From Lama glama (taxonomy: Eukaryota), in the NCBI GenBank assembly GCA_028534125.1, contig CM052832.1, positions 8,000,001 to 8,064,000 of the forward strand: a stretch of 64,000 nucleotides of DNA. The letters are read 5' to 3'. Shown here piece by piece: positions 25,236-42,984 of the stretch (the first letter of the stretch is position 1; every line of letters begins with the position of its first letter). The translations under genes were made by a program, and so were the position numbers. Below the pieces are notes generated by a model. It did no database searches. It was not told the origin of the DNA and was given only the letters and a program-made list of their open reading frames with translations.

Positions 25236-28200
25236 ATGCAGGAAACCCTGACAACACCCTCACTGTCAGGCCCCAGCCAGTCCTCAATTTCCACACAGGA
25301 CCGGTCCTCCACTGCCGGCCAAACTTCCAACACAGGCCCACCCCCCTCAAAGCCCTCAACTATCCCACCTCCTGTGAAGTCCAAGGGCCCGAGTTCCAGG
25401 GCTGGGGTACGTCGGATGCGTAGGATCATCGCTGAGGATGTCGAGTGGTCACTGGCCATCGTGCCCCTCCTCACAGAACTCTGCATTCAACACATTGTCA
25501 AGAACTTCCAGAGTAAGTCTGTCCCTGCCTGGGGCAAGAGAGAGCAGGCAAGAAGTGGGGCAGGGTGGGTGGGGACTGTCTGGAGATGAGGCCTCAGAGG
25601 CTGGGTTCTGGCCTCTCACACAGCATCCTCATCACCACTCAACACTTCTTGCCCCACCCACCAAGCCAAGCTAGGACAGTTTCTCCTGCTGTCCCCACCT
25701 CACCAGACTGCCCCAATACTGTGCCCTCTATGCCTATGCCCTCTCCTCACCTTTCCCAGGTAGTTGTGGTAGATAAACCATATCTACCTCTTCCTCCAGA
25801 AAGCCTTCCCTGGTTGACTGCCCTCCACTCTCTTGGTCTTCCATGGTGCGTACAGGTTCTTCAATTATTCTGTACACTAACTTCTATAAATGTCCATCCT
25901 TTTCAAAGAAAAGGTTGCCAACCTCTCCTACTGGATGGGGAGCTCTCTGAGGACAGGACCATCATTTTGTCTACAGCACCTGTTACCACCAGACCTAGAA
26001 TATATTCATTTGATTTGTTTATTATTTGCCTCCCCTCATAAGAAGGAGTGGCTTCCTCTGTTTTGGTCACTCTTGTATCCTCAGCACTTAGGACAGAGTG
26101 TGGTGCAGAGCAGGTGTCCAGAAAACCCTTTTTGTTTTGAAATGAATGAATCAAATCATACTGAGAGCTTCTGAAGTCAGGGATTGTCTCCTCCACCAGG
26201 TTAAGCAATAACTGAGGGCTGAACCTGAGATTCTTCCTCAGACTGGTAGCCTCCTGAGACTCGATGCTAAGATGTTCACCTTCAACCAGGAACACCCCAG
26301 GGTCAGGGGTGGTGGCTCTCTCCTCCAGCCCAGGGTACCATGTGTGGCACCCCCAACACTGTGACTTCTACTTTCCTTTTTCTGTGCCCCAAGACAACCC
26401 TATCCTGAAGCAGCTGCTCCCAGAACACCAGAAGAAGGTCCTGAACAACCTGCCCCCCAACCTGCCGCTGACCGTGACTGCCAACCTGATCGACGACGAA
26501 AATTACTGGCGCCGCTGCTGCCTGCAGCGCTGGCCAGTGTGCCACGTGGACAAGCATGGCGGCAGCTGGAAGCGCATGTTCTTCGAGCTGCACCTGGGGA
26601 ACCTGCTGAAGCACTTCATCCCAAGCAGCACCGACCCTGCGGTGATCCTCAACCTGCTGCCGCTCTGCAGGAACTACGTGCGCACCATCCGGGTGGATCA
26701 GTTCCTTCCGCCAGTGCAGCTCCTGCCGCCGCCCCAGAGCGGGGATCTGTCTGACTCCGGCAGCGAGGGAGAAATGGAGGAGCTGGCCACCGACCACTAC
26801 CAACTGGGCGACCTAGTGGCTGGCCTGAGCCGTCTGGAAGAGCTGGACCTCGTGTATGGTGTCAAGGACTGCGGGATGAACTTCGAGTGGAACCTCTTCC
26901 TCTTCACCTACCGCGACTGCCACTCCCTGGCGGCCACCGTCAAGGCATGCCACACCCTCAAGGTACCACCTGCCTCCAGCCTTCCCCCTCCTCCCATTCT
27001 CAGCATCTGATTCCCCCTCCCCTTCCCTTCCTCCTCTATCACCATTCTCTTCTTCCTATTTCCTTCTCACTCATTGACCAAGTGTCCTTTTATGCACCCT
27101 GTACCAAGCTGGGTTCTGGGGATAGAGAGATGCACACGGCACTGCCCTGCTTGTTCACCAGCCATTTCTTCACCCAACAAACATCTGCTCTCCAGGCCCT
27201 TTCCTAGGTGCTGAAGATTGAACTGCAAGCAAAATTATACCATTTGTGCCCTCCAGCTAACAGTCTGGTGGGGATAAAAGACACTAATCAGCAATCATAT
27301 AAATGTAAAATTGCAACTCGAATAGGGTTGCCAGATTTACCAAATAAAAACACAAAATGTCCAGTTAAATTTGAGTTTCAGATACACACGAATGTTTTTT
27401 TAGTATATGTCCCAGATACTCTGGCTGGAAGAGGGAGAGCCTGCCAAGAAATCAGAGGAAGGAAAGGAGGACACGACATTGTGTCACAGAGCCAAGGGAG
27501 GGATGTGTTTCAAGAAGAGGGGTGAGCAGCAGTGGGGTGGGATGGAGCTGAGGACCAGATTTTGCAGATACGGAGGTCACTGAAGGGGAGCTATGTCAGT
27601 GGAATGCCAGGAGTTCTGGAGTGCCAGAGGCCAGATTGGAGAGGTTTATGGAGAGAGTGAGAAGTGAGGAAATGGGATGACCGTGATCATCTTTTTCAAG
27701 AATTTGGTGGAGAAGGAGGAGAAAGGTAGAGCAATAATAGATGAGGGGTTTGGGTTTTCTTAAGAAACTTGCATGCATTTAAAAGCAATGTAAAGCTCCA
27801 CCCAACTGCATGAAAGGAGTTGAGTGCAGGAGAGAGGCACGGATACTCTGACCCAGGGAGGCTCCTGAGAAGGCAGAGGAATGGGATCTGGGACTGAGTG
27901 GGCTGGTTGGCTCCAGGCAGAGGGGAGAGTGGATGTGGTGTGCAGCAGTGGATTAATGTTTGGGATTAGGAAAAAGAAGGGTTCCTACTCAATGGCTGGG
28001 GAGACAAGATGAGATTTACCTCCTGAAAGGAGGCTCTAGAGGGGGTCCCTGAAGTGAGGGGCTGGCGAAGGCTAAAATAGCTGTTGGATCATGGGAGAGC
28101 ACATGGTCCAGAGAAGCAGAGTTGAATTGGCACACAGACTGAGGGACTATTGGTGATACCAGCCAGTCCTGTCATGTGACATTTTCCATCATGTCACTTG

Positions 28201-31200
28201 TTTGGGCACAGACAGGCAGAAGTTAGAGAGTGGGGTTGATGCAGGGTTGGAGCTTTGCCAGATAGATGCAATGAAAAGACAAGAGGAACGAAAGATTCTA
28301 AGGCTAAGAGGGACGTCAAGAAAGGAGAGGACTAAATGATGGGGGGTGGGGGGGCCACTCAGAGGTCCCAAGGAAGTGGCAGCAGCAGGACAAGCCAGTG
28401 AGAAGGAAAGGGACAGGGATCCCACCGCCAATGTTTATAATGCTAGTTCCACCCCCCTTCTTTTATCTCTTTTGTTCATCTCATCCATTTCCTGTTCCTC
28501 GCCCTTTCACTTTCTCCCGTTCTTACCCTGGCACTGTCCTTCAGAGACTTCTCCTAGCCATGGTGGATCTTAGCCAGCTGAGGAGGGTGCAGTGAGGGGC
28601 TGGGGCATCAAACAGACCTGGATTCAAATCCGGCCTCCACAGCTTAATCACTGTGTGACTCTGGGCAAATGATGTATCCACTCAAAGCTGCCATTTGCTA
28701 CTGTAAAACGGAGAGAACTTGTTCTGCCTCACTGGGATGCTGAGAGTTAGAGATAATGGCTATGGAATGTTCCAGCAGTATGCCCAGCACATAGTCATTT
28801 CTCCATAAGTGGTATTCTTTCCCCCTTACTAGCTGCCACCAATTCTGCACCACTGTCACGCTGAGTAGGCCCCTGCCCAAGAGCCAGCCCGGTGGCCAAC
28901 AGTAGGTGAGCAGAACCTCAGACGTCCCTGGGGCTCCTTCCTCTACCGTCTACCCGGTGCTATCCACCGACCCTCTACCTGCCCACAGATCTTCAGGTTG
29001 ACCCGAAGCAAGGTGGACGACGACAAGGCACGCATCCTGATTCGCAGCCTCCTGGACCACCCGGCCCTGGAGGAGCTGGACCTGTCGCACAACCTCATAG
29101 GGGACCGTGGCGCGCGCGCCGCCGCCAAGCTGCTGAGCCACAGCCGCTTGCGCGTGCTCAACCTCGCCAACAACCAGGTGCGCGCGCTGGGCGCCCAGTC
29201 GCTGGCTCACGCCCTGGCGCACAACACCAACCTCATTTCCCTCAACCTGCGCCTCAACTGCGTGGAGGATGAGGGCGGCCAGGCGCTCACGCACGCCTTG
29301 CAGACCAACAAGTGCCTCACCACGCTGCACCTCGGGGGCAACGAGCTGTCCGAGCCCACCGCCACGCTCCTCTCCCAGGTGCTCTCCATCAACACCACGC
29401 TCACCAGCATCAACCTGTCCTGCAACCACATTGGGCTGGTGAGCCACGGCTTCTGGGGCTGGCAGGGCCTAGGGGAGGCCTTGGGGCCTGCGGGGCAGGC
29501 ATGGAATCCAGCTGCCGCCAGGTGCTTAGGGGACAATTGTTAGGATTACAGCCTTTACTCGGTTCTTACCTGGTTTTCTGCCTTTTAGCCCTTGGTTAAG
29601 TTACTTAACTTTTGCAGATCTCCATTTCCTGCCCCCCCTTCTGTAAACTGGAGATTATAATGGCATCTACTTCTAAGTGTTGTCACTGGGACGATTAAAT
29701 GAGTTATACTTGTAAAGCAGTTTACCGTTGCAGGTACTGGCTAGGTCCTCGGTGATTGCTAGTTACCATCACTCAGGGTTATATTCTACGCTAGCTGCCC
29801 AGTATCAATTAGTTTTTCTTTAACCCTCATGGTTATCTAGTAAAATGTGTATTTTTTTTAACTGAAGTATGGCTGATTTTCAATGTCATCTTAGTTTCTG
29901 GTGTACAGCCTAGTGCTTCAGTTATACATGTATTCTTGTTCATATGTTTTTCATTATAGATTACAAGATATTGAATATAGTTCCCTGTGCTATACAGTAG
30001 GAACTTGTTGTTTATCTGTTTTGTACATAGTAGTAGTATCTGCAAATCCCAAACTCCTAATTTATCCTTCCCTGCCCTTTCCCCTTTGGTAACCATAACT
30101 ATTTGTTTTCTATATCTGTGAGTCTGTTTCTGTTTTGTAAATAAGTTCATTTGTGCCATCTTTTAAGATTCAACATATAAGTGATAACATATGATGTTTG
30201 TCTTTCTCTGTCTGACTTACTTCACTTAGTATGATAATCTCTAGGTTCATCCATGTTGCTGTAAATGACATTATTTCATTCTTTTTATGGCTGAGTAGTA
30301 TTCCATTGTGTGTGTGTGTATAAAATCACATCTTTATCCTGTCATCTGTTGATGGACAATTAGGTTGCTTCCATGTCTTGGCTATTGTAAATAGTGCTGC
30401 TATGAACATTGGGGTGCCTGTACCTTTTCAAATTAGAGTTTTCTCTAGATATATACCTAGGAGTGGGATTACTGGGTAACTCTATTTTTAGCTTTTTAAG
30501 GGCTCTCCAACTGTTTTCCATAGTGGCTGCACCAAATTACATTCCCACCAACAGTGTAGGAGGGTTCCCTTTTCTCCCTCTTCTCTGGAATTTATCATTT
30601 GTGGACTTTTTAATGATGGCCATTATGACTGATGTGAGGTGACACCTCATGGTAGTTTTGATTTGCATTTCTCTAATAATTAGTGATACTGAGCATTTTT
30701 TTATATGCCTGTTGGCCACCTGTATGTCTTCATTAGAGAAATGTCTGTTTAGGTCTTCTGCTCAGTTTCTTTTATTGGGTTGTTTGTTTTTTTGTTGTTG
30801 AGCTGTATGAACTGTTTATATATTCTGGAAATTAAGCCCTTATCAGTTGCATCATTTACAAATATTTTCTCCCATTCCATAGGTTGTCTTTTTGTTTTGT
30901 TTATGGTTTCCTTTGCTGTACAAAAGCTTTAAGTTTAATTAGGTCCCATTTGTTTATTTTTGCTTTTATTTCTATTGCCTTGGTAGAGTGACCTAGGAGA
31001 AGATTGCTATGATTTATATCAGAGAATGTTTTGCCTATATATTCTTCTAGGAGATTTATGGTATCCTGTCTAATGTTTAAGTCTTCAAGCCATTTTGAGG
31101 GTTTTTTTTGTGTATGGTGTGAGGGAGTGTTCTAATTTCATTAATTTACATGTGGCTTTTCCATCACCACTTGCCAAAGAGACTGTCTTTTCTCCATTGT

Positions 31201-32671
31201 ATATTCTTGACTCCTTTGTTGAAGATTAATTGACCATAGGTATGTGGGTTAAAATATGTATTCTTAACCCCACTTTGGATGAAAAATTGAGTCTCATAGA
31301 GGTTAGTGAGTTGCCTGAAAGCATCCAGTCAGTAGAAAGTGGCAGAGCTGTGATTCAAGCCCAGGACTGATTTGAAAGCCTGGGTCCTAGATAGATAATG
31401 TCTCTCATATTTTCTTGACCAAGTCTCGAGTAAGAAATGCAATTTACATGAACACTTAGTGAACATATACATCAATATTTATAACATAATTGAAATATAC
31501 TTGTACTGCTTGTGATATAGCTGATGTTTTCTTTTATAATATACACTACTTCATTTTTAAAAAAATGCTTCTGTGACCCATTAAATTGAGTTTACAACAT
31601 GCTATTAGGTGACAACCATAGAACAGCAGCATTCTGCCTCCTGACATGAAATTTTTCACATTAGGCCTGGCCTACCCAACCCAGAAGGGACTGGAGCTGT
31701 GAGGACTCGTAAGGAGGGCACTCCATGTACTCTACTTGGGGCCCTGAACCTTCTACTAAACTCCCCAGAAAACAGGCTTACTCACATACACTATCTCTGA
31801 AGGGGGTGTTCTCAGCTACAACTAATGGAACACTTAACAAGGAAGTGGCTTAAGCGAGAAGAGTATTCATTATGTCCCTAATCAGAAGCCCCAGGAAAGA
31901 AGGTTCTGGGGTTGGTGAATTCCATGGCTCAGTGCCATCCTCTGCTTTGCCTGCCCAGCCACATGGCCACGTCCTCTCTGCTGCTCCCTTCATTGGTGCA
32001 AGATGGCGGCTGCACCTCCCATTAGGGCCGCGCCCAGAGGCAGAGAAAGGGAGACCATCCCTCTCTTTTGTTCTCTTTTCAGAATGAGGAGAACCTTCCC
32101 AGAAGCCACTTTGTCCAAACATCCTCCTCATGTCTCATGAGCCACATTGGTCCCACTTGCCACGGCTGAACTGGAGAAATAGAATCACCATCACTGCTGT
32201 AGTGCAGTGGTTTTCTAACCATTGGAGCTGAAAAATCAATTTAGTGAGTTTTGAGCACCATTTTTCTCAGGGAACAGAATGGAACAGGATAGAATAGGAT
32301 AGAAAATGTCAGTGCTGTGCAAGTGGGTTAAGGATTGTTTTGTGAACCTGTTGTTTCAGTCACATCTGTATATAAATATGTGTATGTGTTTATACACTCA
32401 CCCGTTGTGCGACCCTGGGTAGTGATGGAAAGTGACCCTTTCCCTTGTATTCCTGACCCAGGATGGCGGGAAGCAGCTCCTGGAAGGCATGTCAGACAAC
32501 AAGACCCTCCTGGAGTTTGATCTGCGCCTGTCAGATATCGCCCAGGAGAGCGAGTATCTCATCAGCCAGGCTCTCTGTGCCAACCGCGAAGCAGCCCGCC
32601 AGCGGGCCCTGAATCCCACCCACTTCATGTCACCAACCACTGCCAAGGGCCCTGAGAACCCTGTGGGATAA
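25236..32671 (+). CDS. TCTE1: T-complex-associated testis-expressed 1 / dynein regulatory complex subunit 5 (LRR protein), 501 aa
   Basis: Coding exons 25236-25512, 26394-26962, 28989-29438, 32462-32671 (TAA), 1506 nt in frame. [32 protein letters not shown] and RI-like leucine-rich repeats ([43 protein letters not shown]). Confidence 0.97.
27322..27425. mobile_element. MER53-like MITE fragment
   Basis: TAGGGTTGCCAGATTTACCAAATAAAAACACAAAATGTCCAGTTAAATTTGAGTTTCAGAT. Confidence 0.6.
29852..31249 (-). mobile_element. 5'-truncated L1 (ORF2 3' end plus 3'UTR), antisense, in the last TCTE1 intron
   Basis: Minus-strand translation [25 protein letters not shown] is L1 ORF2; poly-T; diverged TSD TAAAATGTGTATT (29841) / TAAAATATGTATT (31250). 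Confidence 0.92.
31790..32190. mobile_element. MLT1-like LTR fragment
   Basis: GGCTTAAGC..AGAGTATTCATT...CAAGATGGCGGCTGCACCTCC...CCTTCCCAGAAGCC pattern. Confidence 0.45.
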
Positions 32672-33360
32672 GATGGGGGCCAGGGCTGAGGCAGTGACCA
32701 GATATGCTTCCCTGCCCCAGCCCCATCCCTCATTTCATGCCCCTGCCATGCCGGCTGCAGTCTCACACTGGTCCAGGGGGTGGTGAGGAGACTAAGAGTA
32801 TCCTTGGGATGAGTGATCAAGGGGTTGTGCAGATAAAGATGTGGGGGGGGTCTGGGATAGGGGTTTGAAATGGGACTCAGCTCCAGTACCCAGGGAGAGG
32901 GTATTACAGACCTACTGCAATGGCTTCTTCCAGGAATAGGGAAGGCAAAGCAGCCTCTAAGGGACTGTGCCTGCCCAGACTCTCCCACAGGACTGTCCAT
33001 CTCCCTGATCACCCCCGACCCCCGCATTTTCCTCTCTACCAAACAGATCCTTAACCTCTTGACCTTCAAACACACTCACTCTCTCTCACCTTCTCCTTCC
33101 TCCAGCTGCAACAGAGCTTTGCCTGGCTTTTCCACGCTCACCCCTGCAGATGCCCCTCCCTGTTACTTGACTCCGCTGAAGTCATCTGGGTCTACAGGCC
33201 ATGCCATCCTGTAACCCATCCCCCCCAACATGGGAAGGGGGAAACAGAGGTGACAGGGGGAGCTCAGACCCAGTGGCCTCCTGAGAAAGCTGCTCACGGA
33301 AAGGGGAGATGGTGAGGGAGGTGCCACATGGGGAATGGAAGTCAGTGAGTCATCCGCAAC

Positions 33361-33366
33361 TTTATT
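33361..33366 (-). terminator. Probable TMEM151B polyadenylation signal (AATAAA on minus)
   Basis: TTTATT on the plus strand about 2.9 kb beyond the TMEM151B stop codon. Confidence 0.6.
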
Positions 33367-34037
33367 ATCCACCAGTTTGATTTATACAATCTTTGCGCTT
33401 GGAAATCCACGACAGAAAGGCCACAGTGTGATGCACCCAGTTGACAGAGACCTGTCTTCTCCTCAGCCAGGCCCAGCCCACCCACAAGCCCTTGTCCCCA
33501 GGACACATGGAACCTTCCCGGTGCCCTCCATGAGTCCCAGGCACTCTGTGGCTGCCTACCCTGGGGCCACACCCACAGGAATCACATCTACCTATGGGGC
33601 CACGAGAGGACCTGAGGATGGATTCAGGCTGAACCCCATCCCCCATCCCCCATCCCCCATCCTCCCCAGGCAGAGGGGCTCAGAACCTCCAGCCTCATGT
33701 TTCCAAAGGGTGGGTCATGGGCTGCCACCACCACAGCCTCAGGGTGCCCACTTTCTAAGGACTCCTTCCAATAAGCAGGCACTGAGCAGAGCACCAGAGG
33801 GGGCTTGGGAGTGACTGCACGTGTGTGCCTGACCGGGCAACCTAGAGTCTGTCTGTGCCTGACACCCTCTGACAGTTCCGAAGTGCAAACATGTAGGTGT
33901 GAGGGTGTTTGTGAGTGTGTGAGTGTACATAGCCACAGCTGCTAGCAGAGGTTCTAATTAGAGAAACAAGAACATTCAGTGTAAAGTTTAATTTTAGAGA
34001 TTAATTAATTTTCTGGTTTTTGTTTTCCCTGGCAATC

Positions 34038-34043
34038 AATAAA
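34038..34043 (+). terminator. Probable TCTE1 polyadenylation signal (AATAAA)
   Basis: AATAAA followed by GT-rich sequence (GTCTGTGCGTGTGTGG, ~34084-34100). Confidence 0.6.
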
Positions 34044-36234
34044 GCTACCAAGAAAATAGACCAAAGAATTGGTTTCTCTCTAAGTCTGTGCGTGTGTGGG
34101 AGGTGAGGCTGTCTGTGTGAGAACACTAGGCAGAAATGGTCAGTACAGGCAAAAATAATAACAGCCCCTCCCGGTCCCCTCCTCCCAGCTCTGGCTCTGT
34201 CTCAGGAACAGGCCTGAGGCAGGAAGGGCGGGGTTTCTCCCCCCCCCCTTGAAGCCGTGAGGTGGTCTGGTCAGGCTGCCCCACACAAGAGTGTGACATT
34301 CAGGTGCCAGCTGGCCAAGAACTGGGGCCCGAGGCCACAGCTCGCCACCTGTCCATCGCAGATGTTGGTTCAGAGGAAAGAGGGGTTGCTCCAAACGCCA
34401 GGCCCCCTGAGAGTCCAGTGCTGGCAGGCAGATGGGCACTGCTGCCCAGGGAAACCTAATGAGCAGCTGTCCCCCTCTGCCCAGGCCTCCCCTTGTCCAG
34501 CCTCCTCTCCCTTCCCACTCAGCCATCTCCTCATCAAAGTTAACCTCAGCCCTGATGGGTCACGGGCTGTGGTGTCCCCACAATCTGTGCCCTCCAAGTC
34601 CCCCGGGAAAGGAGGGAAGGGGGGCCAGAGGAGATGTTGCATAGGTGGAGGCCACGCCCTTGGGGGTGCAGGCCCGGCTATGCTGGAGGAAGAGGGGACA
34701 GGCTGAGGTGGGGAAGGAGCAGTTCTGATGGTTCAGGCAAAGTGAGAAGCATGGGGCGAGCAATGTCGAGGCCAAAGGGTTATCCTCTCCAGCTGGAAAT
34801 GCGAACTCAATCCCTGGACGCTAAGTTGGCTGGGAAAACTTTAGCCAGGGGAGTTGGAGTCCAGGGGGATTGTACACAGACATGCACACGGAAGCACATC
34901 AGGGTAGGAGTGGTGGAAGGACAGCAGGTGGGGCCAGCACCCTGGGGTGGTGGCAGGACGCCCCTTTGAAGACCCTGGGACACACAGCACGGCTTCAGCT
35001 CATGGACTAGGGGAGGACAAGGGGGTCGGGCAAGATTTCGAAAATTCCTGCCTCTGACCCTGCCACTGGAATTGAGTCTTTCTCCAGCTGGGGCTCGTGA
35101 CAAGGTCTTCAGCCCTGCAAAGGATCTGTATGGGGTCAACCACTCTCTACTTCTCCCCACAAGTATGGGGGAGGCAAGGTCTGGCCCCATGACACCCCTG
35201 CCTTCGGGGGTCTTTTCACTGCCCCCTCCTCTTTGACTCCTACCTACTTCCAGAGTTCCCTGTTGTCACCCAAGTCTGTCTGCCACTTACTCATTCACCT
35301 TGGCCAGCTTGAAGGAATGCCGCCTGCCGGGGCTGTATATCACTCTCTCTGAAGGGCGTCCCCTCTCCGAACCCAGGTGAGGAGGCTGCAGTGTGGACGA
35401 AGGACTGAGGTGTACTGCCTTCCACAGTGTGCCTCCCCTCTCGCCCCTGGCAACAGCTCTTAGAGCCGGGGAGCAGGAGGGGAGGGAGGGGAGTGACGTC
35501 TTCGTGGTGAGCACAATCCCTACAGGGACCCAGCCTCCCTGGGCCCAGTGAGATAAACAACAGTGGAGGGAGCGGCAGAAAGGAAACCCCGATCCTCTTC
35601 GGGGCCAGCGCCAAGAAGAGGAGAGCAACATTTCCACAGCTTTGAGATGGAGTGTGGCGGCTGACGCCTGGCCCTGGCCTCAGACCCACTGAATTCATTA
35701 GCTTGTTGGAAGCCAGCCCTGCTAACCGCTGCCCCCTCAGTAGAGAGAGGTCCCAGAGGGGCCAGGCTACCAAAGAAGGAAAGCCCCAGTTGCCCTTCCC
35801 CCGGCCTCAACCTCCCCAGCTGCACAGCGAGGGCCTCTCCCTTGAGACTGGACCCAACGCCGGTCCCGCGGCACAGTTGCCACGTAACAGTCAGAAGATC
35901 CGTTGAAAGACGGGACGGGAAATCTCGGGTGTGCATGTAGAAAGGGGAGGTGTCCCTCTAGGAGCTCAGGGGCGGGGCTGGAAGAGATGACTCTGCCCGG
36001 GTGGCATTCTCTCACCCCTCCTCCCATCTGTCTATGTACAGGGAAGGCGGGAAGGGTGACAGGGATCGGCCGCTTTGGCGTATGTCCCGCGACCCTTTGC
36101 CTCCCCCCACCCTCCCCACGCCGTGCCCAGCACAGCCTCGGCCACCACCATCGTGACTCCCCCTGCTACACGCAGGGAGCCCAGTCCGGCGAGGGGCAGG
36201 GAGGAGGCCGGCGGGCGGGTCCAGGGGCCCGGGG

Positions 36235-41700
<5,466 letters not shown>

Positions 41701-42947
41701 CAAAGGGGAAAAGCAACAAGGGCTCCCTACACCCCTTCCCCACTCCTAGCCCTGCTCACCTCACACATCCCCACCATCCTAGGAAGATCTAAGCGGAAAC
41801 TCCTCTTCGTCTATACTCCGTGGAGGGGGTGCCAGCGGTTCAACCAACATCCCTCCCCATTTTTGGTTCCTGGAAGTTCCTGGGGGTGAGGGTGGGGAGA
41901 GAAAATTGAGTCTTGGATCCCTAGGGAAGAGCCTTATTCCCAGTTGGATGGTAAAGGGTTAAGACAGGAGCCAGACTTCAGAGGCCAGATGCAGCTGAAC
42001 AGGGATGGAATAGGGTGAAATGAAAAGGATTGGAGCTAGATGTGAGAAAGTTCTAACAGAGGACAGAAGAGGAGACATTGAAACCAGCTTTCATCAAACC
42101 ATCTTCCTACCCTAGAAGAACAGCCCCAGAGAAGCAATGAAGTGTGAACATTGGCCTAGGCTGGAGATAAGGCATCCTTAGTCAAATTCTTAATCCTGGC
42201 TTTGTCGTTTGCTGTGTGACCTTGCGCAAGTGCCTTTCCCTCTCTGAGCTTTAGTTGTCTCATCTATGCAGGGACAAAGTTGAGCGGACAATCTCTAAGG
42301 CTCTGATTTTCTTCTGTGGGTATAGGAGGCAAAGTCAGAGACCACAGCCCAGGCTGAGTGACCGCAAGTCGCCTGTCCCTTCATGCCATCCACCCACAGT
42401 GTTTTTCCCTGCCCCACCTAGGGGCAGAAAAGAAACTGCCATTCATTCATTCATTCATTCCTGAATGCATCCATTCAATAAACAGGTATTAGATACCTAC
42501 TGTGTGCCCTGTTCAGAAATAGAAAACACAATTTCCTTTCCTCCAGGAGCACAAAGTCTAATGGGGAAGAAGGACATGGAAACCAATCACTGTGATAGAA
42601 TAGACTAAAGACTATGCTTGATCAATCTATGTGTGCACTGTCACTGTGGAATCCTACTGTGTGTCGTGTGCTACAGTAGAGTCTTTGACATATAGTGACT
42701 CTCCCCATTTACGCACAAAGAACCAAAGCAGAGGGAGGGTGAGTAACTTAAAGTCACTTGCCAGTACTTACAGGGTGGTCCAAGAATCCAGATCTTTCCC
42801 ATTCAAAAGTCCATGGGGATCTTTGAGGGCTGGAAGGCAGCTTGAGGCAAAGCCTGGATATCTGATCTTTGGGAATAGAGGACAAGCACACTGATCTGCT
42901 GACGGTCCTGCCTCTCATCTAGGGCAGAAGATCTTCTGCCTCTACTA

Positions 42948-42984
42948 CACACACACACACACACGCACACACACACACACACAC
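42948..42984. repeat. (CA)n microsatellite
   Basis: Directly visible, one interruption. Confidence 0.9.
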
